Shown here one piece after another: positions 9,407-18,128 of a stretch of 64,000 bases of DNA. Within the stretch, counting starts at the first letter, position 1; each line of letters begins with the position of its first letter. This DNA comes from Patescibacteria group bacterium (lineage in GTDB: Bacteria; Patescibacteriota; Saccharimonadia; Saccharimonadales; JAZKJC01), in NCBI GenBank assembly GCA_040384565.1, contig JAZKJC010000005.1, positions 12,796 to 76,795 of the forward strand. The letters are read 5' to 3'. Both the position numbers and the translations under genes were made by a program. Under the pieces are notes generated by a model. The model saw only the letters and a program-made list of their open reading frames with translations. It did not search any database and was not told where the DNA came from.

Positions 9407-10204
9407 ATGAGTGAAGAGATTGTGGCGAAGAAAAGTTTAGGGCAGCACTGGCTAAATGATCCGGTTACGCTTGAAGCTATTTGTGATGCGGGTGATGTCG
9501 CAGATGGCGATGAGGTGCTTGAGGTAGGGCCGGGTACGGGGACTTTGACAGAAAGCTTGCTGAACCGTGGTGCTCATGTGACTGCGGTAGAACTCGATCC
9601 GGTTCTGGCCGTAACGCTGCCATCTAAATTCAGCGGCCGAAAGTTTGATCTAATAGAGGGAAATATATTGGAGTTTGATTTTGAGAAGATGGCTACTAGC
9701 TACAAGGTCGTAGCCAACATCCCGTATTACCTTACCAGTAACCTGATCCGGGTACTTTCTGAAACACCTAACCAAGCCAGCAAAGTCGTGATTCTGGTGC
9801 AAAAAGAGGTGGCACAGCGGGTAGCGGCAGCACCTGGAGATATGTCGTTACTATCCGTTAGTGCTCAGTTTTATTGGCAAATAAGTCTGGGGCAAATTGT
9901 ACCTGCCAAGCTGTTTACTCCACCACCCAAGGTTGATTCGCAGGTGCTAATTATGGAGCGTAGAAAGGAACTTATCTATCCTAAGGTTGATCATAAAAAA
10001 TTCTTTCGTCTTGTAAAAGCTGGCTTTGCGGCAAGGCGTAAAACACTACTCAACTCCTTAGCAGGGGGGCTCCGAACAGACAAACAACAGATAGAAAAGA
10101 TTCTCGCTGAGGCGAATATTTCATCTGGCTTACGTCCTCAGAATTTATCCCTAGATGATTGGCACCGAATTTATGAAGTTGCCTCAACGCCCAAAACTAG
10201 GTAA
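9407..10204 (+). CDS. rsmA: 16S rRNA (adenine1518/1519-N6)-dimethyltransferase
   Basis: SAM-binding VLEVGPGTGTLT and NIPYY motifs. ATG 9407 is preferred over 9377 because the -10 box lies inside the longer ORF. Confidence 0.85.
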   Translation: MSEEIVAKKSLGQHWLNDPVTLEAICDAGDVADGDEVLEVGPGTGTLTESLLNRGAHVTAVELDPVLAVTLPSKFSGRKFDLIEGNILEFDFEKMATSYKVVANIPYYLTSNLIRVLSETPNQASKVVILVQKEVAQRVAAAPGDMSLLSVSAQFYWQISLGQIVPAKLFTPPPKVDSQVLIMERRKELIYPKVDHKKFFRLVKAGFAARRKTLLNSLAGGLRTDKQQIEKILAEANISSGLRPQNLSLDDWHRIYEVASTPKTR

Positions 10205-10222
10205 TCCCCTGCCCTGTGCATA

Positions 10223-10257
10223 AATACTTGACGTGTTAAGTATTATCTTCGTATACT
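10223..10257 (+). promoter_or_regulatory. sigma70-like promoter (TTGACG-18-TATACT) with overlapping palindrome AATACTT-N8-AAGTATT (candidate MarR operator)
   Basis: The -35 is at 10228-10233 and the -10 at 10252-10257. The inverted repeat 10223-10229 / 10238-10244 overlaps the -35. An AAGGAGG RBS follows. Confidence 0.45.
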
Positions 10258-10281
10258 TTTGATAAAGGAGGAAAGCTGGAT

Positions 10282-10764
10282 ATGGGGCCAACAAGAAACA
10301 CCGGATATATGCTTCAGCACCTCTCTTCTGTGCTTGCTAAGCAATCTGATCAAGCCTTGCGGGAACGTTTGGGGATAGGCTTGTCTCAGCTAAAAATTCT
10401 TTGGGCACTTGAGGGCTCGCCAAACCCTTATGCTGCTCGCTTGCAACAAAAAGAAATTGCCGAATGTTTAGGCCAAACAGAAGCTAGTATCAGCCGGCAA
10501 ATTAAGCTAATGCATGAAAAGGGGCTCTTACAAACAACGATTAACCCTACCAATAAGCGCGATCACCTGACAGCCCCAACCGCCAAAGGTCTGCGCATCA
10601 GCGAGGAAGCCATGGATATTTTGAACAATTACCATGCGCCAATGTTTGAAGATCTGGGCGAAAAAAAGCAACAACAATTACTGGAAATATTCACGCAAAT
10701 GCACAAATTATCCTGCCAACCCGGCAAAACTGGTGCCTGCCATCGCCCGTTTAGTGTTGAATAA
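10282..10764 (+). CDS. MarR-family transcriptional regulator
   Basis: 160 aa. The winged-helix segment QKEIAECLGQTEASISRQIKLMHEKGLL is typical of the MarR family. Confidence 0.75.
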   Translation: MGPTRNTGYMLQHLSSVLAKQSDQALRERLGIGLSQLKILWALEGSPNPYAARLQQKEIAECLGQTEASISRQIKLMHEKGLLQTTINPTNKRDHLTAPTAKGLRISEEAMDILNNYHAPMFEDLGEKKQQQLLEIFTQMHKLSCQPGKTGACHRPFSVE

Positions 10765-10781
10765 AGTAAAGGGAGAAAGCT

Positions 10782-12113
10782 ATGAAAGATAAGCTCAAAG
10801 AAAAACTGGAAAGCAAAGTCCTCCCGATAGTACTATTTACAATTTTTATTGATTTAGTGGGCGTGGGACTGCTGATTCCAGTGATTCCGCAGCTACTGGG
10901 TAATCCTGCCTCTGGTTTTTATCTTCTGCCGGCTGGCTGGAACTACAAAGATGGTCTGGTGTTACTAGGTTTTTTGTTTGCTATTTACCCTTTCATGCAA
11001 TTTCTTTCTACCCCAATCCTCGGTCAACTATCTGACCGTTTTGGCCGTAAAAAAATTCTGGCTTTTTGCCTGGCCGGTACGTCACTTGGTTATGTTTTGT
11101 TCGCCATTGGCATTATTACCCGCAATATTCCGCTATTGTTCTTTGCCCGGGCTTTTGATGGCTTTACGGGTGGAAACCTTAGTGTGGCCCAAGCAGCCGT
11201 GGCAGATGTAACCCCCCCGGAACGCCGCACCCGTAACTTTGGATTAGTCGGCGCCATGTTCGGTTTGGGCTTTGTGTTAGGGCCATATATTGGTGGTAAG
11301 CTAGCTACATCAGGGGTAACGTTGTTGAATATCGGACCCATCGAAGCTTTCACAACACCATCCTGGTTTAACGCGGCCACCCCGTTTTGGTTTGCCGCCA
11401 TACTTAGTGCCCTTAATTTCCTGATCGTAGTATTTAGGTTTCCCGAAACTCTCATGAAAGTACAAAAAGGCTTGCGCATACAGTGGAACAAGTCTGTCCA
11501 TAACATCATTAGCGCAGCTACAGCCCCGGGTTTGCGGACGGTATTTCCAACTATATTTCTGTTTTGGGGTGGTTTCACATTCTTCACCACTTTCTTTGGT
11601 GTCTACGTAACCGATAGATTAGGGTTCAATGCCAACAACTTGGGCGATTTCTTTGCTTATATTGGTCTCTGGATTGCCTTTACTCAAGCCGCGATTACAC
11701 CGATTCTTGCCAAACGTTTTGCCAACTGGCAGATTGTGCAATTTAGCACGATTGGCTTGAGCTTGGCGCTACTACTTAACTTCATACCAACTAACACTAC
11801 ACAGCTACTTCTCTTAACTCCCCCAATCATGATTTTCGTGGGCCTAATGATAGCCAATTCAACAGCGCTTGTCAGCCGCACAGCTAGTGCCAAAATCCAA
11901 GGAGAGGTCCTGGGCATTATGGCGAGTGTCCAGGCTTTAGCTCAGGCAATTCCTGCCGCCCTAACGGGTTACCTCGGAGGCATCAACCGCAACGCTCCAA
12001 TAATCGTGGCATCAATTACCATCGCTATCGGTGGCATTCTGTTCTGGCTAATATATAAACCTTCCCGCAATGTTGATACTCCAGATCCCGCAGAACCAGC
12101 AGTTGCGCACTAG
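10782..12113 (+). CDS. MFS transporter (drug:H+ antiporter-like)
   Basis: 443 aa with about 12 hydrophobic helices. An MFS motif-A-like GQLSDRFGRKK is present. Confidence 0.8.
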   Translation: MKDKLKEKLESKVLPIVLFTIFIDLVGVGLLIPVIPQLLGNPASGFYLLPAGWNYKDGLVLLGFLFAIYPFMQFLSTPILGQLSDRFGRKKILAFCLAGTSLGYVLFAIGIITRNIPLLFFARAFDGFTGGNLSVAQAAVADVTPPERRTRNFGLVGAMFGLGFVLGPYIGGKLATSGVTLLNIGPIEAFTTPSWFNAATPFWFAAILSALNFLIVVFRFPETLMKVQKGLRIQWNKSVHNIISAATAPGLRTVFPTIFLFWGGFTFFTTFFGVYVTDRLGFNANNLGDFFAYIGLWIAFTQAAITPILAKRFANWQIVQFSTIGLSLALLLNFIPTNTTQLLLLTPPIMIFVGLMIANSTALVSRTASAKIQGEVLGIMASVQALAQAIPAALTGYLGGINRNAPIIVASITIAIGGILFWLIYKPSRNVDTPDPAEPAVAH

Positions 12114-12130
12114 ACATAAGCGTTGTAATT

Positions 12131-12139
12131 TGCTATAAT
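12131..12139 (+). promoter_or_regulatory. extended -10 box TGcTATAAT upstream of tmRNA
   Basis: tgctataat lies about 30 nt before the mature tmRNA 5' end, consistent with a processed precursor. Confidence 0.4.
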
Positions 12140-12168
12140 ACGTATTCCGTCGATTAGACGGATCATAC

Positions 12169-12552
12169 GGGGCTGAATTTAAGCTCGACGTTGGACTTTA
12201 ACGGTTAGATCAGCAGGTCGCTTGTCAGCGTATAGACGAACCCAAATAGTTGTAAAACTTTTTGATCGCGCAAAGACTTTTGTAGCGAGTGCTTTTGCAC
12301 CCGCCAAGTCTTTCGCAATAGCTTAAGTTACGACTTAAGCCGTGCCTGACATGACATCAGATAGTGCCAAGGTACGTCAAATCATCTGATTGCTCTAAGT
12401 GACTGATCCATAAACTTAGCTAAGATAATGGATTAACCTGTAAAACTTTTTGGTCATTTCTATGTTTTACAGAATTCAAATGACATATACCTGTAGGATA
12501 GACTAACCAGTTAAACTAGCGGACCCGGAGGCGGTATCCGGCAGCTCCTCCA
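12169..12552 (+). ncRNA. ssrA: tmRNA (SsrA)
   Basis: The 5' GGGGCTGAATTTAAGCTCGACG pairs with the 3' CAGCTCC, giving a G3:U wobble in a 7-bp acceptor stem. A T-arm-like CCGGAGGCGGTATCCGG is present and the 3' end is TCCA. An internal tag frame reads ...AKTFVASAFAPAKSFAIA-TAA. Confidence 0.85.
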
Positions 12553-12557
12553 AAAAC

Positions 12558-12590
12558 GCATCAGAAGATAATTCTGGTGCTTTTTTGTTT
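12558..12590 (+). terminator. rho-independent terminator after tmRNA
   Basis: gcatcagaa / ttctggtgc forms a 9-bp stem (one G:U) followed by tttttt. Confidence 0.65.
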
Positions 12591-12625
12591 GTAGGCGGGG
12601 GCAATGTCTATTACAATCTAAGCAC

Positions 12626-13318
12626 ATGTCAAAAAATAAATATGTGATTGTTGGAATAGTGTTTGGTCTAATAGGGCTAGCTGGAGTGGCATGGGCAGTT
12701 GTACCGAGCCAGAACACACAGTTGGTGGAGCAAAAGGTTTCAAACGTGCAAGGAACATCAACGGGAGGACTTTTAGAGACGAGTGACCCAAATAGCATTC
12801 CCCTTAATCGTCCTCGTCAAAGTAATTTATCATCAGGCGGACTTAGCGTAACCAATGGCTCGAGCGCCAATAACCTTGGGCAATTGACGCCTGACAGCAG
12901 TAATTCAAATAAATCATCTTCAAAACCTCAATCTAACCCGTTTGATCCAACAACTTTCGGGCAATACGATAAGTATAAAGAAGAGACAAGCGCGTTGTTT
13001 GGCGAAGTGCAGGTGGGTACGGGTGATGAATTAACTGCCGGTAAAAAAGCAGCTGTTTACTATAAGGGCTGGCTCACTGATGGCCAACTATTTGATACGA
13101 CACGTCCAGACAAAGATGGAAAACTACAACCTTTTGTATTTGAAATGGGCGCTAACCAAGTTATTCCTGGCTGGGAGCAAGGCTTAGCTGGCATGAAAGT
13201 GGGCGGTACGCGGCTTGTGATTGTTCCGCCAGCGGTTGGCTATGGCCCATCAGGCCAGGGTCCTATACCCGGCAATGCAGTCCTAATTTTCCAAGTCCAA
13301 CTCGCTGCTGTGGAGTAA
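12626..13318 (+). CDS. membrane-anchored FKBP-type peptidyl-prolyl isomerase
   Basis: N-terminal TM helix and a Ser/Asn-rich linker, then a C-terminal FKBP domain (VYYKGWLTDGQLFD, FEMGANQVIPGWEQGL, GYG). Confidence 0.8.
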   Translation: MSKNKYVIVGIVFGLIGLAGVAWAVVPSQNTQLVEQKVSNVQGTSTGGLLETSDPNSIPLNRPRQSNLSSGGLSVTNGSSANNLGQLTPDSSNSNKSSSKPQSNPFDPTTFGQYDKYKEETSALFGEVQVGTGDELTAGKKAAVYYKGWLTDGQLFDTTRPDKDGKLQPFVFEMGANQVIPGWEQGLAGMKVGGTRLVIVPPAVGYGPSGQGPIPGNAVLIFQVQLAAVE

Positions 13319-13319
13319 T

Positions 13320-13656
13320 TTACGAGGATTTACTCTTTTCAAACCATTCTTTTGGGCGATTAAATTGCCAGGGGTCGCGCACATTGCATTTATGGACTTC
13401 AACGCTTTCCCAGACTTTTGCTGTCACGTAAGGCTCTCGGTCTAACCAATCCTGCAGTTCACTCTTGGATGGAAAATCCATGATCAGCATTGATCCAACC
13501 ATCTGGTCATTGTCATCCCAAAGTACCGCGCCATACCACATGTTTCCAGCTTGTCTAAGCTGTTCGCCTAAGTCAATATGAGCTTGCCGGGGCCGCTAAT
13601 CGTCTTTGTTGCGCTTTATCGTCTCGGCGGTCTTGTCCAATTATTAGAAATTGCAT
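13320..13656 (-). pseudogene. YciI-like protein gene interrupted by a +1 frameshift in a C4/G4 run
   Basis: ATG at 13656 gives MQFLIIGQDRRDDKAQQRRLAA and then a stop. Deleting one base of GGGG 13589-13592 restores ...RQAHIDLGEQLRQAGNMWYGAVL, joining listed ORF 13320..13541 into a ~111-aa YciI-like protein. Confidence 0.55.
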
Positions 13657-13677
13657 TTAACTCTCGGTTCTAAAATC

Positions 13678-13956
13678 TTAGTGAGCGAATTTAACGTCAA
13701 TACGTTCGGCAGCCTGTTCAACCCAAGCATGCAAACGGGTTAGTTGATGAGCCATAACCAATCGTTCATCATCAGATATTTCCAGGCGTTTTTCTATGCT
13801 GTCAAGATGGTTAAGAATGTTATGAGTTTGTTTTTGTGCCGTTTCCAAACTCGTCTCAATTTTGTTAAATCTCTCATCAATTCTGGCCATCATCGTATCA
13901 AGTACCTGTAGCACATCATCTATATCTTTTGTTGTTGCGCCAGCCTTTGTCGTCAT
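13678..13956 (-). CDS. hypothetical coiled-coil protein
   Basis: 92-aa ORF with a heptad-like helical sequence and no recognisable motif. Confidence 0.45.
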   Translation of the reverse strand: MTTKAGATTKDIDDVLQVLDTMMARIDERFNKIETSLETAQKQTHNILNHLDSIEKRLEISDDERLVMAHQLTRLHAWVEQAAERIDVKFAH

Positions 13957-13985
13957 TTAATTATTATAGCACTGGGCTAAGACGT

Positions 13986-14240
13986 CTAATAAACAACCTG
14001 AACTTCTTTTAGCCAGATTTTTTCTGGGCGGGTTAGCATGAAGACTATTACGTCGGCCAAATCTTCCGGACTTGTAAACTTTTCAATTTCAAAATCATCA
14101 CCGGCTTTAGCAAACATTTTTGTATTTGTTCCGGCTTAGTAGACGGCAGCAATACGTATTGGATCGTTTTTGGTATCCTGGTGCAACACATCAGTAAAAC
14201 CTTTCATGCCGTATTTAGTGGCGGTGTATACTGACTGGTA
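13986..14240 (-). pseudogene. short-chain dehydrogenase (SDR) C-terminal fragment with in-frame stop
   Basis: The minus-strand frame reads ...YQSVYTATKYGMKGFTDVLHQDTKNDPIRIAAVY-TAA-AGTNTKMF...SPEDLADVIVFMLTRPEKIWLKEVQVVY. It contains the YxxxK catalytic motif and an SDR C-terminus. The N-terminal ~140 aa are missing. Confidence 0.5.
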
Positions 14241-15302
14241 ATGGCCACGGTTATTAAAAGATTTTGGGCTTCGGGGTTGTTGATTGTGTTAGCGGTTTCT
14301 GCTATTGGGGCGCGGGTTGTTGTTCAGCAGCTGCCTGTTAAGACTAGTGTTCCAGCGTCGATTGTTAGCTGTGCACACCAGGCTAATGATTTTGATTGTT
14401 GGAAAGAACGATACAAAGCTATGGTTGAGCAGGATTCACCCAAAGCAGCGTTTGCTGATCTGCGGCAGTCCTACGAAAGCAGTGATTACGTGCGTAGCCA
14501 GTGCCATCAAATTGTCCATGTGATTGGACGTACGGCCGCGGCAAAATACAGCGACACAGTATCTGCATACGATCAGGGCGATAACTTTTGCTGGTCTGGT
14601 TACTACCATGGTGTAATGGAGGGCGTTGCGGACAAGTTGGGCGCGGATGAAGTAATGGCCACCATGACTACTATCTGCGAGAGCGCTAAACAAAAGAGCC
14701 CATATGGTTTTTATCATTTTAACTGTGTGCATGGGTTGGGCCATGGGCTGATGGCAATTAATGGTGATGAATTATTCGATGTGCTGGAGCTGTGTCGTAA
14801 ATTCAGCGACCAGTGGGAGAGGGAGTCTTGCTACGGAGGTACATTCATGGAAAACATCATGAGCTCCCAGAACGCCAGGCACTCTACTAAATATATAAAA
14901 CCTGACGACGCGTTATATCCTTGCACGGCAGTGGATGTGGAGTTTAAGCAGCAGTGCTACCTAATGCAGACTTCGCACGCTCTACAAGTCGAAAACGGCG
15001 ATTTTGAAAAAGTCTTTGTGCTTTGTGCTGGTGTAGAAGCACCCCTAGACGTAATTTGTTATCAAAGCTTAGGCCGCGATGCATCTGGCCGATCTATTAG
15101 CAACGTGGCTTCCACCAAAACGACATGTCTGTTGGGGCAATCTGACACTGCCCAAAGCAATTGTGTAATTGGAGCCGTCAAAGACTTCATAAGCTATTTT
15201 CACAGCGATAAACAGGGCATGGAATTATGCAAATCGTTTGATAGCCCAAGCCTCAGCGCAACATGTACTAGTACGGCCCAACAATATTATTCGACGTTTT
15301 AA
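14241..15302 (+). CDS. secreted Cys-rich repeat protein, function unknown
   Basis: Signal anchor followed by about 7 spaced units, each with a conserved Cys: CHQIVHVIGR, CWSGYYHGVMEG, CVHGLGHGLM, CYGGTFMEN, CYLMQTS, CYQSLGRD, CVIGAVKDF. Confidence 0.6.
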   Translation: MATVIKRFWASGLLIVLAVSAIGARVVVQQLPVKTSVPASIVSCAHQANDFDCWKERYKAMVEQDSPKAAFADLRQSYESSDYVRSQCHQIVHVIGRTAAAKYSDTVSAYDQGDNFCWSGYYHGVMEGVADKLGADEVMATMTTICESAKQKSPYGFYHFNCVHGLGHGLMAINGDELFDVLELCRKFSDQWERESCYGGTFMENIMSSQNARHSTKYIKPDDALYPCTAVDVEFKQQCYLMQTSHALQVENGDFEKVFVLCAGVEAPLDVICYQSLGRDASGRSISNVASTKTTCLLGQSDTAQSNCVIGAVKDFISYFHSDKQGMELCKSFDSPSLSATCTSTAQQYYSTF

Positions 15303-15324
15303 GCTGTAGAATAGTTGATAAGAC

Positions 15325-16164
15325 ATGAACATAGAGCCATTAATCTCGGTAATATTGCCTACTTACAACCGCGCCCATACAATCAGTAAGGCTGTTCAGA
15401 GTGTTCTGGAGCAAACCTATCAGAAATGGGAGCTAATCATTGTTGATGATGGCTCAACCGACAACACCAAAGAAATAGTTGGATCCATAAATGATTCAAG
15501 AATCCACTATTACTACAAAGCCAATGGTGGCCCGAGTAAGGCCAGAAACTATGGCATCTCGAAGTCTAAAGGCAAATGGATCATATATTTAGACAGTGAC
15601 GATCTGTTGCTACCTAAATGTGCCGAAACAATGATCGAGCATCTCACGCGAAATCCTCAAGCAGTATTCGCCTTTCCGCGCTCTATCAGGACTTTGGAGC
15701 TTTATGAAAACGGAAAGCTTACGAAATCCATCGATGATTCAGGCGATACTCCAATGGAATTCACGCTTCAGGACATTTTTAATCGTAAAGCTGGCCATTC
15801 GCCGAATGGGTTTACGCATCTTAAAAGGCTCTATAGCGAAGGACTACGGTGGGATGAAGACCTTACCCTCATGGAAGATTGGGAGATCATGTTATCAATA
15901 GGTGAAAAATATCCAGATGGGTTTTTATATGTACCGGTCGTGTTGCAAAGTTATTCGCAGCGTTTCGGCAGTGATAACCTAGTTTCTAATACACAATATG
16001 ATTCTTGGGCTGCAGCGTTTGAATACATTTACCAAAAACACAAAAATGACAAAATGATGATGGGACAAACTTGGTACCCATCAAAAGTGGAAAAGTGGAG
16101 CCACCGCCAGCAGGAATTTGAAGCTGGTACGCGCCCACCATACCAGTATCACTATTTCCAATAA
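15325..16164 (+). CDS. family-2 glycosyltransferase
   Basis: ISVILPTYNRA, IVDDGSTD and YLDSDD motifs of GT-A fold GT2 enzymes. Confidence 0.8.
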   Translation: MNIEPLISVILPTYNRAHTISKAVQSVLEQTYQKWELIIVDDGSTDNTKEIVGSINDSRIHYYYKANGGPSKARNYGISKSKGKWIIYLDSDDLLLPKCAETMIEHLTRNPQAVFAFPRSIRTLELYENGKLTKSIDDSGDTPMEFTLQDIFNRKAGHSPNGFTHLKRLYSEGLRWDEDLTLMEDWEIMLSIGEKYPDGFLYVPVVLQSYSQRFGSDNLVSNTQYDSWAAAFEYIYQKHKNDKMMMGQTWYPSKVEKWSHRQQEFEAGTRPPYQYHYFQ

Positions 16165-16321
16165 CAACACCTCTCAGACTTAACATTTTGTACCCGATCG
16201 AGTATGTTTTGTTAAGTCATTTTGACTGCTTTTAAAGCAAATCAACTTCTACGTCTCGCCAATCATATATTCAAGCAAGCTTTATGCTAATGTTGTTTAT
16301 TGATGCCCAATAAAAGCTTTA

Positions 16322-16330
16322 TGGTACATT
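16322..16330 (+). promoter_or_regulatory. extended -10 box TGgTACATT, 6 nt before ATG 16337
   Basis: tggtacatt is followed by gtttaa and then ATG. The spacing fits a leaderless mRNA. Confidence 0.4.
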
Positions 16331-16336
16331 GTTTAA

Positions 16337-16813
16337 ATGATAACTTGTGTTTTTGAAGATGGTGGCAAAGGTAAACTGCGTCATGTTGTTGCAGACACCA
16401 TCGTGCTAAAAGATGACAAGATTCTAATGGTTAAACGATCCCCAAATCTGTTGGAAGGGGGTAAATGGGGGCTAATTGGTGGTTATGCGGAGCGCGACGA
16501 GACCATTGTAGGCACTGTAGGCAGGGAAGTCATGGAAGAAACGGGCTGGGCGGTTGAAAATATAACCCTGTTAGCCATAGTTGATAATCCAGATCGAGCA
16601 AACGAAGATAGGCAGAACGTCGTATTTGTATACTTTTGTGATGCCACCAAAAAAGTTGGTGAAGCCGATGACGAATCTGAAGAAGTTAAATGGTTTGTAT
16701 TAGATAAATTGCCATCCAAAGAACAAATTGCCTTCGACCACGCCGAGCACATCGAACTTTATAAACAGTACCTAGAAGGAGATGTTAAGCTACCAATTAT
16801 GAGCAAAGGATGA
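16337..16813 (+). CDS. Nudix hydrolase
   Basis: Nudix box GGYAERDETIVGTVGREVMEETG. Confidence 0.75.
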   Translation: MITCVFEDGGKGKLRHVVADTIVLKDDKILMVKRSPNLLEGGKWGLIGGYAERDETIVGTVGREVMEETGWAVENITLLAIVDNPDRANEDRQNVVFVYFCDATKKVGEADDESEEVKWFVLDKLPSKEQIAFDHAEHIELYKQYLEGDVKLPIMSKG

Positions 16814-17319
16814 GCGACAATGAAATATCGGTGGTGGTTGACGAGAATGATAACGTAATTGAATACAAATTGCGTCTGCAGCTATTGCCAACTGAGCGGA
16901 TTAGAATAATCGCAGTATGGATAGAAAATAGTCAAGGACACGTTCTTATTGCTCAACGAGCTTTGAGTATGAAAATGGATCCAGGCTGTTGGGGGCCAGC
17001 TGCAGCTGGGACAGTTGAAAAAGGTCAAAGCTATGAAAATTGTGCTCTGAAAGAACTTGAAGAAGAGCTGGGCATTAAATTTGTCACGCTGAATGCCTTT
17101 CAAAAGCAAATCTATGTGTCGACTCGAGGACACAAACGGGTATGTCAATGGTTCAAGTTGATTTGGGATCATCCAGTCACCGAGCTTAAACTGCATCCGG
17201 ATGAAGTTGAAGCAGCAAAATGGATAGAGAAGAGTGATTTAGCCAGAGAGACACAAGTTAACCCAGACAGTTTTGTTGGCAGTGCGAGTATGTGGCCAGA
17301 ACTATTCAAATTGATTTAG
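16810..17319 (+). CDS. Nudix-family hydrolase (IPP-isomerase-like subtype)
   Basis: GTVEKGQSYENCALKELEEELG box. The start has a 4-nt overlap with the upstream Nudix gene. Confidence 0.65.
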   Translation: MSDNEISVVVDENDNVIEYKLRLQLLPTERIRIIAVWIENSQGHVLIAQRALSMKMDPGCWGPAAAGTVEKGQSYENCALKELEEELGIKFVTLNAFQKQIYVSTRGHKRVCQWFKLIWDHPVTELKLHPDEVEAAKWIEKSDLARETQVNPDSFVGSASMWPELFKLI

Positions 17320-17848
17320 CTTGGCCAAAATCAAGACCGGCGCCGTTGAGTAAGTCGAAGCCTTTTAAGATTGATCGAAACTCTGGATCATCACCTGGAT
17401 TTGCTTGGGTGACATGCTCGGTTGGTATCAACCTGTCGCTGTTGGCCACAACTTCAGCGCGGGTGAACCAGCCTATGGAGGCATGGTCTTCTGGGTTGAA
17501 TTTGATCTGATCCAGCGGGTCGGTAAAACTCGCGAAATATATAACTTCCACGGAGTGAGAGCCCTTGATCAAGTTTTGATATGTAAATGCCGCGAAGGCA
17601 TCACCGACATTGACGTTCATCTCAAACTCTTCGCTGACCTCACGTTTTAGTGCCACGACCAAATCCTCTCCAAAGTCCACATGCCCACCAGGCAGTTCAT
17701 AAATTCCGGGCAAAAACTTTTTGGTCAGAGCTCGCATAGGCAGAAAAACCTTTAAAACCCCATCAAACTTATAATGGATAAACGCGCAGACGCTAATAAC
17801 CTGCTGCCCATGTGCTGGAGTCGCGCTATCATGAATAATCTTCACCAT
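17306..17848 (-). CDS. Nudix hydrolase
   Basis: Nudix box LPGGHVDFGEDLVVALKREVSEEFE. It is convergent with, and overlaps, the 3' end of the previous gene. Confidence 0.75.
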   Translation of the reverse strand: MVKIIHDSATPAHGQQVISVCAFIHYKFDGVLKVFLPMRALTKKFLPGIYELPGGHVDFGEDLVVALKREVSEEFEMNVNVGDAFAAFTYQNLIKGSHSVEVIYFASFTDPLDQIKFNPEDHASIGWFTRAEVVANSDRLIPTEHVTQANPGDDPEFRSILKGFDLLNGAGLDFGQAKSI

Positions 17849-17864
17849 TATTGGTTATTATAAG

Positions 17865-17895
17865 TCAGACAACTCAGACAACTCAGACAACAGAC
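17865..17895. repeat. tandem 9-mer array (TCAGACAAC x3.5)
   Basis: tcagacaac tcagacaac tcagacaac agac lies directly upstream of the minus-strand Nudix start. Confidence 0.8.
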
Positions 17896-17986
17896 TTTGT
17901 TAGATAATTTATAGCTCTTATTCGGAGTCACCTTATACTAGAATTTGCCTATGGAGGGGTAGGCGCAAGCAAAGGAGCGATTGCCA

Positions 17987-18088
17987 ATGGGTAATTATAC
18001 GGATGATGAGATTGATATGGATCTGGACGAGTTCCTGAAAGCACAATTACAGGATATGGATGGCCCATTTTATGAGCAAGGGGATTAA
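17987..18088 (+). CDS. small acidic ORF (33 aa)
   Basis: MGNYTDDEIDMDLDEFLKAQLQDMDGPFYEQGD. An AAGGAG box lies 8 nt upstream and a terminator hairpin lies directly downstream. It is below the ORF-track size cutoff. Confidence 0.3.
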   Translation: MGNYTDDEIDMDLDEFLKAQLQDMDGPFYEQGD

Positions 18089-18106
18089 AATCTCCCCTGT
18101 TTTTTG
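18080..18106 (+). terminator. rho-independent terminator
   Basis: gggga/tcccc stem followed by tgtttttt. A second hairpin, cctaa/ttagg plus T7, lies at 18128-18150. Confidence 0.5.
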
Positions 18107-18128
18107 GGCTAACTAATCTTAAGAAGAC

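Noticed and set aside
12511-12798. Listed ORF 12511..12798 (-)
   Set aside because: It overlaps the tmRNA 3' end, its terminator and the start of the FKBP gene on the other strand. It is spurious.
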